Source: an uncultured Pelagibacteraceae bacterium (GTDB taxonomy: Bacteria > Pseudomonadota > Alphaproteobacteria > Pelagibacterales > Pelagibacteraceae). Taken from it: a stretch of DNA of 64,000 bases. The position numbers were made by a program, and so were the translations under genes. The stretch covers positions 9,819 to 73,818 of the forward strand of contig CACDQB010000001.1 in assembly GCA_902554795.1 (NCBI GenBank), in the 5' to 3' direction. Positions 9,696-20,380 of the stretch are shown here, in pieces (the first letter of the stretch is position 1; each line of letters begins with the position of its first letter). Below the pieces are notes generated by a model. The model made no database searches, was not told the DNA's origin, and worked only from the letters and a program-made list of their open reading frames with translations.

Positions 9696-10541
9696 ATGAT
9701 TATTTGGTTAGCATCATACCCAAAAAGTGGAAATACATTCTTAAGATCCATGCTGTCTGGATATTTCTTTTCAAATGATGGAATATTTAATTTTGATTTA
9801 TTAAAAAATATAAAAAAGTTTCCAGACTTTGGTGTGTTTAAAAATTTAGGAATAGATGTTTCCAATGAAAATGAGGTTGTTAAAAATTATATTAATGTTC
9901 AAAAAGAAATAAATCGTAGAGATGGAAAATCAATAAGGTTTTTAAAAACACATTCTGCCCTTAATGATATTAATGGTTATAAATTTACAGATCTCAAAAA
10001 CTCACTTGGGGCCATACATATTGTAAGAGACCCTAGAAAAATTATTCTATCATATGCAAATCACAGCCAAATATCCCTAAATGAGTCACTTAAAAGGGTA
10101 ATTGAGGTTAGAACATTGGGAGGCCTTAATGATCAACAAAATCAATCGGTTACGCATGTTGGATCATGGTCCTCAAATTATAAATCTTGGAGGGAATTTA
10201 AAAAAACTGGCAGATATTTACTAATAAAGTATGAAGAAATTATTGCCAAACCAGAGGAAACATTTGTATTAATTTTAGAATTTATTTCAAAATTAACCCA
10301 AACAAAATTGGTGGTAGATAAAAAAAAATTAAATAATGTTTTAAAAACTACTTCATTCGAAAATTTGCAAAAATTAGAAAAAGAGAATCATTTTCCTGAG
10401 GCAATTCAAACTAAAGATGGAAATTATGCAACATTTTTTAAATATGGAAAGAATAATACAGGCAAAGATTTGCCAAAAAGCATAATTACAGAGATCGAGG
10501 AAACCTTAAATTCTGAAATGAAAGAATTAGGATATTTGTAA
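9696..10541 (+). CDS. Sulfotransferase, paralogue 2 (tandem duplicate)
   Basis: WLASYPKSGNT, KTH, IVRDPRKIILS, IKYEE, TSFENLQ. Confidence 0.88.
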   Translation: MIIWLASYPKSGNTFLRSMLSGYFFSNDGIFNFDLLKNIKKFPDFGVFKNLGIDVSNENEVVKNYINVQKEINRRDGKSIRFLKTHSALNDINGYKFTDLKNSLGAIHIVRDPRKIILSYANHSQISLNESLKRVIEVRTLGGLNDQQNQSVTHVGSWSSNYKSWREFKKTGRYLLIKYEEIIAKPEETFVLILEFISKLTQTKLVVDKKKLNNVLKTTSFENLQKLEKENHFPEAIQTKDGNYATFFKYGKNNTGKDLPKSIITEIEETLNSEMKELGYL

Positions 10542-10543
10542 TT

Positions 10544-11917
10544 TTAGAGAATAAATTTTGAAAGATCAGTATCTTTAACCAAATTATCTAAATTTTTATT
10601 TATATATTCTTTATTAATAATTATTTTTTCACCAGCACGGTCTGTAGCGGTAAAGCTTATCTCGTCTAATATTTTTTCGATGATTGTATGCAGTCTTCTA
10701 GCTCCAATGTTTTCAACAGTAGCATTTACCTCAGATGCAATATTTGCAATGGCATCAATTCCATCGTCTGAAAATTCTAAATCTACATTCTCTGTTTTTA
10801 ATAATGCAACATATTGTTTTATTAAACTAAAATCTGGTTCCCTTAATATTCTTTTAAAATCTTCACTGGTTAAGGCTTCAAGCTCAACTCTGATTGGAAG
10901 TCTTCCCTGTAACTCTGGAAGTAAATCAGATGGTTTGGCAAGTTGAAATGCACCTGATGCAATAAATAAAATATGATCAGTCTTAATTGGACCATGTTTT
11001 GTGTTAACAGTTGTTCCTTCAATTAAAGGTAATAAATCTCTTTGAACACCTTCTCTTGAAACATCTCCTCCAACTCTGTCAGTCCTTGCTGAAATTTTAT
11101 CAATTTCATCTAAAAAAACTATTCCGTTGTTTTCAGTTGAAAGTTTTGCTGCTTTAATAATTTTATCTTGTTCGATTAATTTATCCGACTCATCATTAAT
11201 CAGAATTTCGTGAGACTCTTTAACAGTCATTTTCTTCTTCTTTTCTTTGTTTCCCATTGATTTGCCAATCATTTCACCGATGTTAATCATTCCAACATTT
11301 GCACCAGGCATCCCAGGGATTTCAAAAGAAGCACCACCTGAACCAGTATCACTTACAGCTATTTCAATTTCATTGTCATCTAAGTCACCGTTTCTTAATC
11401 TTTTTCTAAAACTTTCTCTCGTTGCTAGACTTGCTTTTTTTCCAACTAATGCATCTAAAACTTTTTCTTCCGCTGCCTTTTGTGCTTGAGCAAAAACTTC
11501 TTTTCTTTTTTTTACTTTTTCCATTGAGATGGCAATTTCAATTAAATCTCTTACTATCTGTTCAACATCTCTTCCAACATAACCAACTTCTGTAAATCTT
11601 GTAGCTTCTACTTTAACAAAAGGTGCTTCAGCAAGTTTTGACAATCTTCTAGAAATTTCAGTTTTTCCTACGCCAGTCGGCCCAATCATTAAAATATTTT
11701 TTGGTAAAACTTCATTTTTCATTTCACCTTTTAGAGCTTGTCTTCTCCATCTATTTCTTAAAGCAACTGCAACGGCTCTTTTTGCTTTATTTTGTCCAAC
11801 CACAAATCTATCAAGCTCTGAAACTATTTCTCTTGGAGATAAAGAACTTACCAATGATGCTTCTTCTTTTTGACCTTTATCTTTTGGGTGCAGTTGTGTT
11901 ACGTTTGATTTATCCAT
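10544..11917 (-). CDS. hslU: ATP-dependent protease ATPase subunit HslU
   Basis: [53 protein letters not shown]. Confidence 0.98.
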   Translation of the reverse strand: MDKSNVTQLHPKDKGQKEEASLVSSLSPREIVSELDRFVVGQNKAKRAVAVALRNRWRRQALKGEMKNEVLPKNILMIGPTGVGKTEISRRLSKLAEAPFVKVEATRFTEVGYVGRDVEQIVRDLIEIAISMEKVKKRKEVFAQAQKAAEEKVLDALVGKKASLATRESFRKRLRNGDLDDNEIEIAVSDTGSGGASFEIPGMPGANVGMINIGEMIGKSMGNKEKKKKMTVKESHEILINDESDKLIEQDKIIKAAKLSTENNGIVFLDEIDKISARTDRVGGDVSREGVQRDLLPLIEGTTVNTKHGPIKTDHILFIASGAFQLAKPSDLLPELQGRLPIRVELEALTSEDFKRILREPDFSLIKQYVALLKTENVDLEFSDDGIDAIANIASEVNATVENIGARRLHTIIEKILDEISFTATDRAGEKIIINKEYINKNLDNLVKDTDLSKFIL

Positions 11918-12433
11918 CTAAATTTTTTCTATTTTTACATTGTCGTTGGTGAATACACATATGTCAGCTGCTACTTTAATTGCTTTTTTTGCAACTTCCT
12001 CTGCAGACATATTGCCTTCCATTAAAACTTTTCCTGCAGCTAGAGCATAATTTCCACCTGAACCTATTCCAATAACATCTCCCTCAGGCTCAAGAACATC
12101 TCCAGTTCCTGAAATAATATAACTATTATTCTTGTCTCCAACAGCCATCAAAGCTTCTAATCTTCTCAAATATTTATCTGTACGCCAATCTTTTGCTAAT
12201 TCGACTGCGGCTCTTGATAAGTTGCCTGCATGTTTTTCTAATTTTCCTTCTAATCTCTCAAATAGAGTTAATGCATCTGCAGTTGATCCTGCAAATCCTG
12301 CTACCACATCTCTTTTTTCAATTTTTCTAACTTTTGAAGCAGTGCTTTTAACAACAGTATTTCCCATACTAACTTGCCCATCACCAGCAACTACTACTTC
12401 TTTATTTTTTCTAACTAGTACAATTGTTGTCAT
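11918..12433 (-). CDS. hslV: ATP-dependent protease peptidase subunit HslV
   Basis: N-terminal MTTI nucleophile, [29 protein letters not shown]. Confidence 0.98.
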   Translation of the reverse strand: MTTIVLVRKNKEVVVAGDGQVSMGNTVVKSTASKVRKIEKRDVVAGFAGSTADALTLFERLEGKLEKHAGNLSRAAVELAKDWRTDKYLRRLEALMAVGDKNNSYIISGTGDVLEPEGDVIGIGSGGNYALAAGKVLMEGNMSAEEVAKKAIKVAADICVFTNDNVKIEKI

Positions 12434-12439
12434 AACTAA

Positions 12440-12468
12440 TAAATGGTAACTATTTTTGATACTTCAAG
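12440..12468 (-). promoter_or_regulatory. Putative RpoH (sigma-32) promoter of hslVU, probably leaderless
   Basis: Minus strand CTTG-N17-ACCATTTA ending 6 nt before the hslV ATG; resembles the RpoH consensus CTTG-N17-CC(C/T)ATNT; hslVU is a classic RpoH target. Confidence 0.6.
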
Positions 12469-12522
12469 TGTTCAGACTGATATTGATATAGCGGGATTAT
12501 GTATGTATACCATTAAAAATAT

Positions 12523-13113
12523 ATGGCTAGAAAAGGAAAAGTATCTCGAAAAACAAAAGAAACCAGCATCAATGTTGAAGTAAATATTGATGGCAAGGGT
12601 AAATACCAAATAGATACTGGTATTGGTTTTTTAGATCATATGCTTGAGCAATTATCAAAGCATTCTTTAATTGATTTAAAAGTTAAAGCAAAAGGAGATA
12701 CTCATATTGATCTTCACCACACAACTGAAGATACAGGCATTGCAATTGGAGAAGCTTTAAAAAAAGCAGCTAAAAAATTTGTTGGTATCAAAAGATATGC
12801 TCATTCAGTTATTCCAATGGATGAAACATTAACTCGAGTTGCGATTGATGTTTCAAACAGACCTTATTTAATTTGGAAAGTAAAATTAAAAGTTGAGAAA
12901 CTCGGTGAGATGGACACAGAACTATTTAAAGAATGGTTTCAAGCTTTTTCTCAATCTGCTGGTATTACAATGCACGTTGAAAATATTTATGGTGACAATA
13001 GTCACCACATAATTGAGTCTTGTTATAAAGCTTTAGCAAGATCATTAAGAGCTGCATTAGAGATGGATCCTAGAAACAAGAAAAGTATTCCATCCACTAA
13101 AGGCTCATTATAA
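12523..13113 (+). CDS. hisB: Imidazoleglycerol-phosphate dehydratase
   Basis: [38 protein letters not shown]. Confidence 0.97.
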   Translation: MARKGKVSRKTKETSINVEVNIDGKGKYQIDTGIGFLDHMLEQLSKHSLIDLKVKAKGDTHIDLHHTTEDTGIAIGEALKKAAKKFVGIKRYAHSVIPMDETLTRVAIDVSNRPYLIWKVKLKVEKLGEMDTELFKEWFQAFSQSAGITMHVENIYGDNSHHIIESCYKALARSLRAALEMDPRNKKSIPSTKGSL

Positions 13114-13118
13114 GTTTA

Positions 13119-13745
13119 ATGAACGTCACAATTGTTGATTATAATTCGGGCAATATCAGCTCGGTAATAAATTCCTTTAAGGAAGTTGCTAAAGATAAAG
13201 TCAATATCAAGGTAACTTCAGATTTAAATAAAATTAAATCCTCAGATAAAGTTGTTTTACCAGGGCAGGGTTCGTTTAAAAGTTGTGTTGATGCGCTTAA
13301 CAATATTAGGGGTTTAGTTGATACATTAAATGAATTTGCAGTTAGTAATAAAAAACCACTTCTTGGAATTTGTGTAGGACTTCAAATGTTTGCAGATATT
13401 GGTTACGAAGAAACAGAAACTAAAGGTCTTGGTTGGATTTCGGGCAAAGTATCAAAAATAGATAACCAAAATGGAAAATTTAAACTTCCTCATATTGGCT
13501 GGAATCAAATAAATATTGTTAAAGATAGTAAAATTTTTAAAGATATAGAAAATAATTCTCACATGTATTTTGTTCATAGTTATGAATTTATTCCAAATGA
13601 CAAAAGTGTAATTTCTGGAACAACAGATTATTCTTCAAATATTGTTTGTTCGGTTGAAAAAGAAAATATCTTTGGAACTCAATTTCATCCTGAGAAGAGT
13701 GATAAAACTGGACTTAAAATAATTGATAATTTTATTAGTTTATAA
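13119..13745 (+). CDS. hisH: Imidazole glycerol phosphate synthase, glutaminase subunit
   Basis: LPGQG, LGICVGLQ, PHIGWN, YFVHSY, QFHPEKS. Confidence 0.97.
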   Translation: MNVTIVDYNSGNISSVINSFKEVAKDKVNIKVTSDLNKIKSSDKVVLPGQGSFKSCVDALNNIRGLVDTLNEFAVSNKKPLLGICVGLQMFADIGYEETETKGLGWISGKVSKIDNQNGKFKLPHIGWNQINIVKDSKIFKDIENNSHMYFVHSYEFIPNDKSVISGTTDYSSNIVCSVEKENIFGTQFHPEKSDKTGLKIIDNFISL

Positions 13746-14471
13746 ATGAAAATATTTCCAGCAATAGATATTAAAGATAAAAAGTGTGTAAGGTTGGTCA
13801 AAGGTGACTTTGATAATAAAACTGAGTATGAAATGTCTCCGATTGAACAAGCTGGTAAATACAAAGATCATGGTTTTAAAAATTTACATGTAGTTGATTT
13901 GGATGGAGCTTTAACAGGCGAAACAGTTAATTTAGATATTATTCAAGAAATAGTTTCTAAATTTGACCTTAAAATTGAAATTGGTGGGGGTATTAGAAAC
14001 TTTGAAAGTATTCAGAAATATACTGATGCTGGTGTTGAAAAAGTTATTTTAGGAAGTGCTGCTATAAAGGATAAAAATTTTTTAAAAGAAGCTTGTGATA
14101 AATTTCAAAATCAAATTGCCTTAGGTTTAGATGCTAAAGATGGATATTTATCTGTATCTGGTTGGAAGGAAAATTCCAATAAATTAACTTTAGATTATTT
14201 AAAAGAGGTTAATGATTTTGGTGTGAGTAGATTGATTTATACTGATATTAACAGAGATGGGATGAAGCAAAGTCCTAATTTTGAAGAGACAGCAAAGATT
14301 GCTAATACATCTAATTTTCCAGTAATTATATCGGGAGGAGTCTCGTCAATTGATGATATTAAAAAAGCCAAGGAGTTAAATAATAGTAATATCGAGGGCA
14401 TAATAGTTGGAAAAGCTATTTACGATGGTGATATTAAATTAGACGAATTAGTTAAGGAACTAGATGCTTAA
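13746..14471 (+). CDS. hisA: ProFAR isomerase
   Basis: [34 protein letters not shown]. Confidence 0.97.
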   Translation: MKIFPAIDIKDKKCVRLVKGDFDNKTEYEMSPIEQAGKYKDHGFKNLHVVDLDGALTGETVNLDIIQEIVSKFDLKIEIGGGIRNFESIQKYTDAGVEKVILGSAAIKDKNFLKEACDKFQNQIALGLDAKDGYLSVSGWKENSNKLTLDYLKEVNDFGVSRLIYTDINRDGMKQSPNFEETAKIANTSNFPVIISGGVSSIDDIKKAKELNNSNIEGIIVGKAIYDGDIKLDELVKELDA

Positions 14472-15219
14472 AAATAGAATAATACCTTGTTTAGATGTTA
14501 AAAATGGACGTGTTGTTAAGGGAATTAATTTTGTTGATCTTCAGGATGCAGGCGATCCCGTCGAACAAGCTAAAATTTACTCTGATGGCGGAGCGGACGA
14601 AATTTGTTTTTTAGATATTACAGCTTCAAATGAAAATAGAGATACTATTTATGATGTAGTCAAGAAAACTTCTAAGAAATGTTTTGTTCCTTTAACTGTT
14701 GGTGGCGGAGTTAGAAGCGTTGAAGATATTAATAAGCTATTAAATTGTGGGGCCGACAAGGTATCTATAAACACCGCTGCAGTTCAAAATCCAGAAGTAG
14801 TAGTAGAAAGCTCTAAAAAGTTTGGATCTCAATGTATTGTTGTTGCAATTGATGCAAAAAAAAAAGATGACAAATGGGAAATCTTTACTCATGGCGGAAG
14901 AAATAACACTGGAATTGATGCAATAGAATTTGCTAAAAAAATGGAAGATAGCGGGGCAGGAGAGCTACTAGTTACTTCTATGGATCGAGATGGTACTCAA
15001 GTTGGTTATGATATTGAGCTTATGTCTAAGATATCTTCTATGGTAAATATTCCAGTTATAGCTTCAGGCGGAGTTGGAAACCTAAATCATTTAGTAGATG
15101 GAATTAAATTAGGAAATGCAAGCGCAGTCTTAGCAGCATCAATATTTCACTACGGCAAACATTCCATAAAAGAAGCTAAGGAGTATTTGGATTCAAAAGG
15201 AATTCCTGTTAGAATTTAA
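14464..15219 (+). CDS. hisF: Imidazole glycerol phosphate synthase, cyclase subunit
   Basis: [38 protein letters not shown]. Confidence 0.98.
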   Translation: MLKNRIIPCLDVKNGRVVKGINFVDLQDAGDPVEQAKIYSDGGADEICFLDITASNENRDTIYDVVKKTSKKCFVPLTVGGGVRSVEDINKLLNCGADKVSINTAAVQNPEVVVESSKKFGSQCIVVAIDAKKKDDKWEIFTHGGRNNTGIDAIEFAKKMEDSGAGELLVTSMDRDGTQVGYDIELMSKISSMVNIPVIASGGVGNLNHLVDGIKLGNASAVLAASIFHYGKHSIKEAKEYLDSKGIPVRI

Positions 15220-15220
15220 T

Positions 15221-15493
15221 ATGCTTCATACATTAGAAAACCTAATAAAACTTGCAAGGGGAAGAAAATCTTCTCCTGTTGAAGGTTCTTATACTAATAA
15301 GTTGCTTGCTGACAAATCGTTAAGTAAGGAAAAGGTCTTAGAAGAAGTAAACGAATTGATTGAGGCTGTGGAAGAAAATTCAAACAAAATTCATGAAGCA
15401 GCAGATGTTTTTTATCATTTATTAATCTATCTCGAAGCTAATGACATAAAAATTGAAGAAGTAATGTCAGAATTAGAAAAAAGGAGAAAATGA
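15221..15493 (+). CDS. hisE: Phosphoribosyl-ATP diphosphatase
   Basis: SYTNKLL, KVLEEVNE, HEAADVFYH. Confidence 0.93.
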   Translation: MLHTLENLIKLARGRKSSPVEGSYTNKLLADKSLSKEKVLEEVNELIEAVEENSNKIHEAADVFYHLLIYLEANDIKIEEVMSELEKRRK

Positions 15494-15855
15494 GTTACGA
15501 CGATAATAATATTTTTGCAAAAATTTTACGTGGGGAGATACCATGTAATAAAATTTATGAGGATGATTTTGTTTTATCATTTCACGATATCAATCCACAA
15601 AAAAAAATTCATGCACTGGTTATACCCAAAGGAAAATATATTGATTTAGATGATTTTAGTTTAAATGCTTCTTCTCAGGAAATGGTAGGTTTAATAAAAG
15701 GAATTAATATAGTTGCTAAAAAACTTGGTATTTCAACAGAAGTAGGCCAAGGCTATAGAGCTTTAGCAAATATTAGTGATCACGGCGGGCAAGAAGTACC
15801 TCATTTACACTTTCATCTGTTTGGAGGTGAAAGAGTTGGGAAAATGGTAGAGTGA
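15490..15855 (+). CDS. hinT: Histidine triad (HIT) nucleotide-binding protein
   Basis: NIFAKILRGEIP and GQEVPHLHFHL triad. Confidence 0.92.
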   Translation: MSYDDNNIFAKILRGEIPCNKIYEDDFVLSFHDINPQKKIHALVIPKGKYIDLDDFSLNASSQEMVGLIKGINIVAKKLGISTEVGQGYRALANISDHGGQEVPHLHFHLFGGERVGKMVE

Positions 15856-16355
15856 TTGAAACAGTTAAAAGAAATTATTTAGATATACATTCACTTCAAG
15901 ATTTAAAAGAAGGCCTTAAACCTTCAAAGGATTATTCTCTGAACTTAATTGATCCAATTGATTTTCAATTAAATAAATTCTTTTATAAGAATATTGGAAA
16001 AAAACATAAATGGGTAGATAGATTATCTTGGTCAGAAGAAAAATGGATTAATTACGTTTCTTTGAAAAATGTTCGAACATATGTGCTCAAATTTAAAGAT
16101 GATTTAGTAGGTTTTTTTGAATTAATTTATCATGAAGAAAAAAATGAAACTGAAATTGCATATTTTGGAATACTAGAAGAATATCAAAATAAAAAATTAG
16201 GATCTTTTTTATTATCTGAAGCTATAAAAAAATCTTTTAAAAAAAATATAAATCGTGTCTGGGTTCATACATGTTCGTTAGATCACAAAAATGCATTAAA
16301 TAATTATATAGCACGAGGAATGAAAATTTTTAAATCTGAAAATTTAAGAATTTAA
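15852..16355 (+). CDS. GNAT family N-acetyltransferase
   Basis: YFGILEEYQNKKLGSFLL (motif A), RVWVHTCSLDH...NYIARG. Confidence 0.85.
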   Translation: MIETVKRNYLDIHSLQDLKEGLKPSKDYSLNLIDPIDFQLNKFFYKNIGKKHKWVDRLSWSEEKWINYVSLKNVRTYVLKFKDDLVGFFELIYHEEKNETEIAYFGILEEYQNKKLGSFLLSEAIKKSFKKNINRVWVHTCSLDHKNALNNYIARGMKIFKSENLRI

Positions 16356-16362
16356 TTTATAA

Positions 16363-17631
16363 TTAATTTTTACTTAATTTTATTTTTAATTGATTTTCTA
16401 CAAATTTTGATTGGAAAATTTTATCTGATATTTCTTTATAAGAATTATCACCAATCAATCTTGCAAATGCAAGCCAGTTTCTAAATACTAATGCATCAAA
16501 TAAAGATAATCCTTTTATAGTTGGGTTCGAATTTTTGTTAAAAATAAAGTCAGGGTTTTTTTCATCAAAAATTTTTTCTCGTTCCTTATTTTTTTCGTCA
16601 TATAACATCGCAGTCTTATCTAATTTATTATAACTTGGGAATTTTGGATAATATTCAGAACAACCTCTTTTAATTTTACAATTTAACTCTTTATTAAAAT
16701 TATTATGAAGAATTTTTTTTACTTGATTTAAAACGATTTCTGTTTCTGCAATTGAGTTACAAAAAATTAGTCCTTTGTAATTACCTGATACTTCAGGCCT
16801 TAACTCAATCATACATTTTCTTGAATTGTCTTTATCTAATTTAATTTTGTCAAATACAACGTATAATTTCATTAATTCGAGCACACTATCCACCTCTATC
16901 TGAATTTTATAACATCCGAAACAGTGCTTAGGTATGAAGTTTAAAGTGTTGAAAATTTTTTTATGTCTTTTGCAATGAGGTGGTACTTTTTGTTCTCTAT
17001 AAGTTTGAACTTTATCAAACTCTAAACCACTTAAATTATTTTCTAAAATTAAATTTATTTCGTTAAATAAATCTTTAATCTCAAAATCTTCAATCTGATT
17101 TTCTGATGAATATTTTATATTTATATTATTAAGATTATTGTGAGCTAATACAATTTTTGAATTTTTAATATTTATATTTTTTGTTTGAGACAATACATTA
17201 AGCAATCCTGATATAGATGGTTTTAAATCTTTATTCAATTCAATTGCTTTTATATAGTTTTCTATAGCTTTTCCATTTTCTCCTGTCGTATAATATATTC
17301 CCGCAAGATTGTTATAAAATTCAGGAGCATTAGGTTTTAATGAAATAGCTTTTAGATAGTCTTCTTCAGTTTTTTCAAATTTATTCAATTTTGAAAATGC
17401 AAATCCTCTATAAAAATAAAAAGTAGGATTATTAGAATTTAATTTCAGGCTTTGAGAAAAACCTTCAATCGCACCATTATAATTACCAAGATATAGATAG
17501 GAAACACCTTTTAAAAAATAATAATTAGGATTATTTTTTTCACCCTGATCTAAATTTTTTAAACTCTCGATTGCTTCAGAAAAATTTTTGTTATGGATTA
17601 ATAATGAAATATCTCTAAGATTATTTTTCAT
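16363..17631 (-). CDS. TPR-repeat protein with an uncharacterised Cys/His-rich C-terminal domain
   Basis: Three to four TPR-like repeats in the first ~140 aa (e.g. YFYRGFAFSKLNKFEKTEEDYLKAISLKP, YNNLAGIYYTTGENGKAIENYIKAIEL), then HCKRH, HCFGCYK and KRGCSEY motifs. Confidence 0.75.
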   Translation of the reverse strand: MKNNLRDISLLIHNKNFSEAIESLKNLDQGEKNNPNYYFLKGVSYLYLGNYNGAIEGFSQSLKLNSNNPTFYFYRGFAFSKLNKFEKTEEDYLKAISLKPNAPEFYNNLAGIYYTTGENGKAIENYIKAIELNKDLKPSISGLLNVLSQTKNINIKNSKIVLAHNNLNNINIKYSSENQIEDFEIKDLFNEINLILENNLSGLEFDKVQTYREQKVPPHCKRHKKIFNTLNFIPKHCFGCYKIQIEVDSVLELMKLYVVFDKIKLDKDNSRKCMIELRPEVSGNYKGLIFCNSIAETEIVLNQVKKILHNNFNKELNCKIKRGCSEYYPKFPSYNKLDKTAMLYDEKNKEREKIFDEKNPDFIFNKNSNPTIKGLSLFDALVFRNWLAFARLIGDNSYKEISDKIFQSKFVENQLKIKLSKN

Positions 17632-17682
17632 AATGGAATTATAAGTAATAAATATTAGTTTTAATATAAATTTTTTAAAAAC

Positions 17683-18234
17683 TTAGTATTGTTGTGTTGG
17701 GATTTTAAAAAGATTTTTTGGAAGCACCCTATTTTTTCTTATTGAACTAAGAAAAGTGATATTAAAATTTTGGTAAATATCTGTATTTTGCCAACCAACT
17801 AAATCATAAGTTTTTTTATCAAAAAAAATATTAATTTCGTTATCTTGATCTAAAATTGTAAAATTAATGAGACTATTATCAACAATTCTTTCCTCAAGAT
17901 CATAAATTTTATTTATTAGAAAATTTTTATCTAAAATTAAATTTAAAGGAGTTTTTTCTAATGGATATCTGTAATAACTGGTCCTTGTTTTTATTACTAA
18001 AGATTTTCCATTTGATACCAAAATTTTATTATTGCTTCTTGCGTATTCACAAAAGATTTTTTTTTGATACTCAATGGTACAGTTTCCATTTTCTATTTTT
18101 CCATTAACATTCTGCTCGAATTTAAAATCAAGATTTTTTGTATCTTTCAGATTTTGTACTATTTTGTCTTTTATTTCTGCATTTGAGATGGAGGTGCATA
18201 TAAACAAAAAAAATGTTAAAAAATATCGAAGCAT
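17683..18234 (-). CDS. lolA: Outer-membrane lipoprotein carrier LolA-like protein
   Basis: Signal peptide, FEQ, LVSNGKSL, YPLEKTPLNLIL, C-terminal FKIP; follows ftsK. Confidence 0.8.
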   Translation of the reverse strand: MLRYFLTFFLFICTSISNAEIKDKIVQNLKDTKNLDFKFEQNVNGKIENGNCTIEYQKKIFCEYARSNNKILVSNGKSLVIKTRTSYYRYPLEKTPLNLILDKNFLINKIYDLEERIVDNSLINFTILDQDNEINIFFDKKTYDLVGWQNTDIYQNFNITFLSSIRKNRVLPKNLFKIPTQQY

Positions 18235-20318
18235 TAAAGCACTTCTCTCTTGCCGACATGATTTGCTTTGCTAACAATGCCATCTGCCTCCATCATGTCA
18301 ATAATTCTCGCTGCTCTGTTGTATCCAATCTGAAGTTTTCTTTGTAAAAAAGAAGTAGACGCTTTACCTTCAGACCTAATTATATCTAAAGCTTGTTCAT
18401 AAAGCTCATCTTTCTCACCTTGATTTTGATTATCACCGATTTCTTTCTCATCAGCGTAATTTAAAATTTCATCAACGTAATCTGGTTCTGCTTGAGATCT
18501 CAAAGAATTATTTATTTTTTCAATTTCACCATCAGATACAAATGGTGCATGAATTCTAACTATACGATTAGCTGAGGACATGTATAACATATCTCCTTTT
18601 CCTAACAATTGTTCAGCTCCTTGTTCTCCAAGAATAGTTCTACTGTCTATTTTAGAAGTTACCTGGAAAGATATTCTTGTAGGGAAATTAGCTTTAATTG
18701 TACCCGTAATAACATCTACACTAGGTCTTTGCGTTGCCATTATAATATGGATCCCAGCTGCTCTTGCCATTTGAGATAGTTTTTGAATATAATTTTCAAT
18801 CTCTTTACCAGCAACTAACATTAAGTCAGACATTTCATCAACTACCACTACAATATAAGGCATTGGAAGTTTATGTTTTGCATTGTAACCATCAATATTT
18901 CTGACGCCCTCTTTTGTCATTAATCTATATCTGCTCTCCATTTCCTTAACTACCCAGCCTAGCACTGAAGCTGCTTTTTTTGCTTCTGTTATCACTGGGC
19001 ACAGCAAATGTGGAATTCCTTCGTAAGTTGATAGTTCCAACATCTTGGGATCAATTAAAATAAATTTACACTTATCAGGAGTGTGTCTGTAAAGAAGTGA
19101 TAAAATAATTGTATTGATACAAACTGATTTACCAGATCCTGTAGTTCCGGCTATCAGCAAATGTGGCATTGATGATAAATCACCAACTATAGGTTTACCT
19201 GATATACTTTTACCTAGCGCAATGGGTAATTTGATATCTTTTTTTTTAAAATCACTGTTATTTAAAATTTCACTTAAATAAACATTTTCTCTAGAATAAT
19301 TTGGTAGCTCAATACCAATAGTATTACTTCCAGGGATTGTAGAAATTCTTGCAGACTCTGAACTGGTATTTCTTGCTATGTCATCCGAAAGATTAATTAT
19401 TTTTGAAACTTTTACACCAGCAGCAGGTTCAAATTCATTTAATGTCACAACAGGTCCATGACTTACTTTTTTAATTTTACCATTAACGCCAAAGTCTAAT
19501 AAGATTTTTTCTAAAAATTCAGGATCATTATTTTCACTTTTTAAAGATCCTTCTCTTTCTTTTTTAGTGGGTATTTTTAATAGATCTAAACTCGGGAGCT
19601 TAAATTTAATTTTATTATTAGTTTTATTTTCAGCTTTTATAAAGGGTAAATCTTCTTGTATAAGGTTTTTAATTTCATCCTGAGGTATATACTCACTTAT
19701 TATTTCACTTTTATCTGTATAATTTTTGTTTTCTTCCTTTTTTAGAAAACTTAAAGATTTCAATATTGATTGATAAAATTTAAGCGGATTAAAATTTATA
19801 CTTTTAAGAAATAATAATAAAATTAAGATAATTAAAATATAGAATGATATTTGACTATTTATAAGCAAGATTTGATTTAAAAATGTTTGATTGAGAAAAT
19901 TGCCAATAAATCCACCATTGCCATTTATATAAAGTGTAAATGCTTCAGAATAAAAATGAGTTAAAAAGAGAGTTCCACAAATACAATAGAGCACAAGAAA
20001 AAAAATATTTTCAATTATTAAAATAAATTCTTTATTTTTCAGTAGGTTGATACCTGTAATTGTAAAAGTAAAAGAAATTAAATAAGCAATTAAACCCACT
20101 GATTGAAAAAGTAAGTCTGAAACAAAACTACCCTGGAAACCAAAAAAATTTTTAATTTCTTTATTGTCTGGAAAAATAAAATTAGGATCATCAGGTGAGT
20201 AAGTAAATAATGAGATAAACAAAGCTAAACCTAACAAAAAGAAAATTAACCCAGATATTTCGGCTAATCGCCTAGTTGCAAAATTAATGAAAAAAAAAGC
20301 TGTTTTTTTAATATTCAT
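18234..20318 (-). CDS. ftsK: DNA translocase FtsK
   Basis: N-terminal 4TM region, MPHLLIAGTTGSGKSV, IDPKMLELS, ATQRPSVDVITG, gamma domain LQRKLQIGYNRAAR. Confidence 0.98.
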   Translation of the reverse strand: MNIKKTAFFFINFATRRLAEISGLIFFLLGLALFISLFTYSPDDPNFIFPDNKEIKNFFGFQGSFVSDLLFQSVGLIAYLISFTFTITGINLLKNKEFILIIENIFFLVLYCICGTLFLTHFYSEAFTLYINGNGGFIGNFLNQTFLNQILLINSQISFYILIILILLLFLKSINFNPLKFYQSILKSLSFLKKEENKNYTDKSEIISEYIPQDEIKNLIQEDLPFIKAENKTNNKIKFKLPSLDLLKIPTKKEREGSLKSENNDPEFLEKILLDFGVNGKIKKVSHGPVVTLNEFEPAAGVKVSKIINLSDDIARNTSSESARISTIPGSNTIGIELPNYSRENVYLSEILNNSDFKKKDIKLPIALGKSISGKPIVGDLSSMPHLLIAGTTGSGKSVCINTIILSLLYRHTPDKCKFILIDPKMLELSTYEGIPHLLCPVITEAKKAASVLGWVVKEMESRYRLMTKEGVRNIDGYNAKHKLPMPYIVVVVDEMSDLMLVAGKEIENYIQKLSQMARAAGIHIIMATQRPSVDVITGTIKANFPTRISFQVTSKIDSRTILGEQGAEQLLGKGDMLYMSSANRIVRIHAPFVSDGEIEKINNSLRSQAEPDYVDEILNYADEKEIGDNQNQGEKDELYEQALDIIRSEGKASTSFLQRKLQIGYNRAARIIDMMEADGIVSKANHVGKREVL

Positions 20319-20380
20319 ATATATGAATCAATTATACCACTTTGTATCATCTAATTTTTATTGTTAAAATTAAAAATAAT

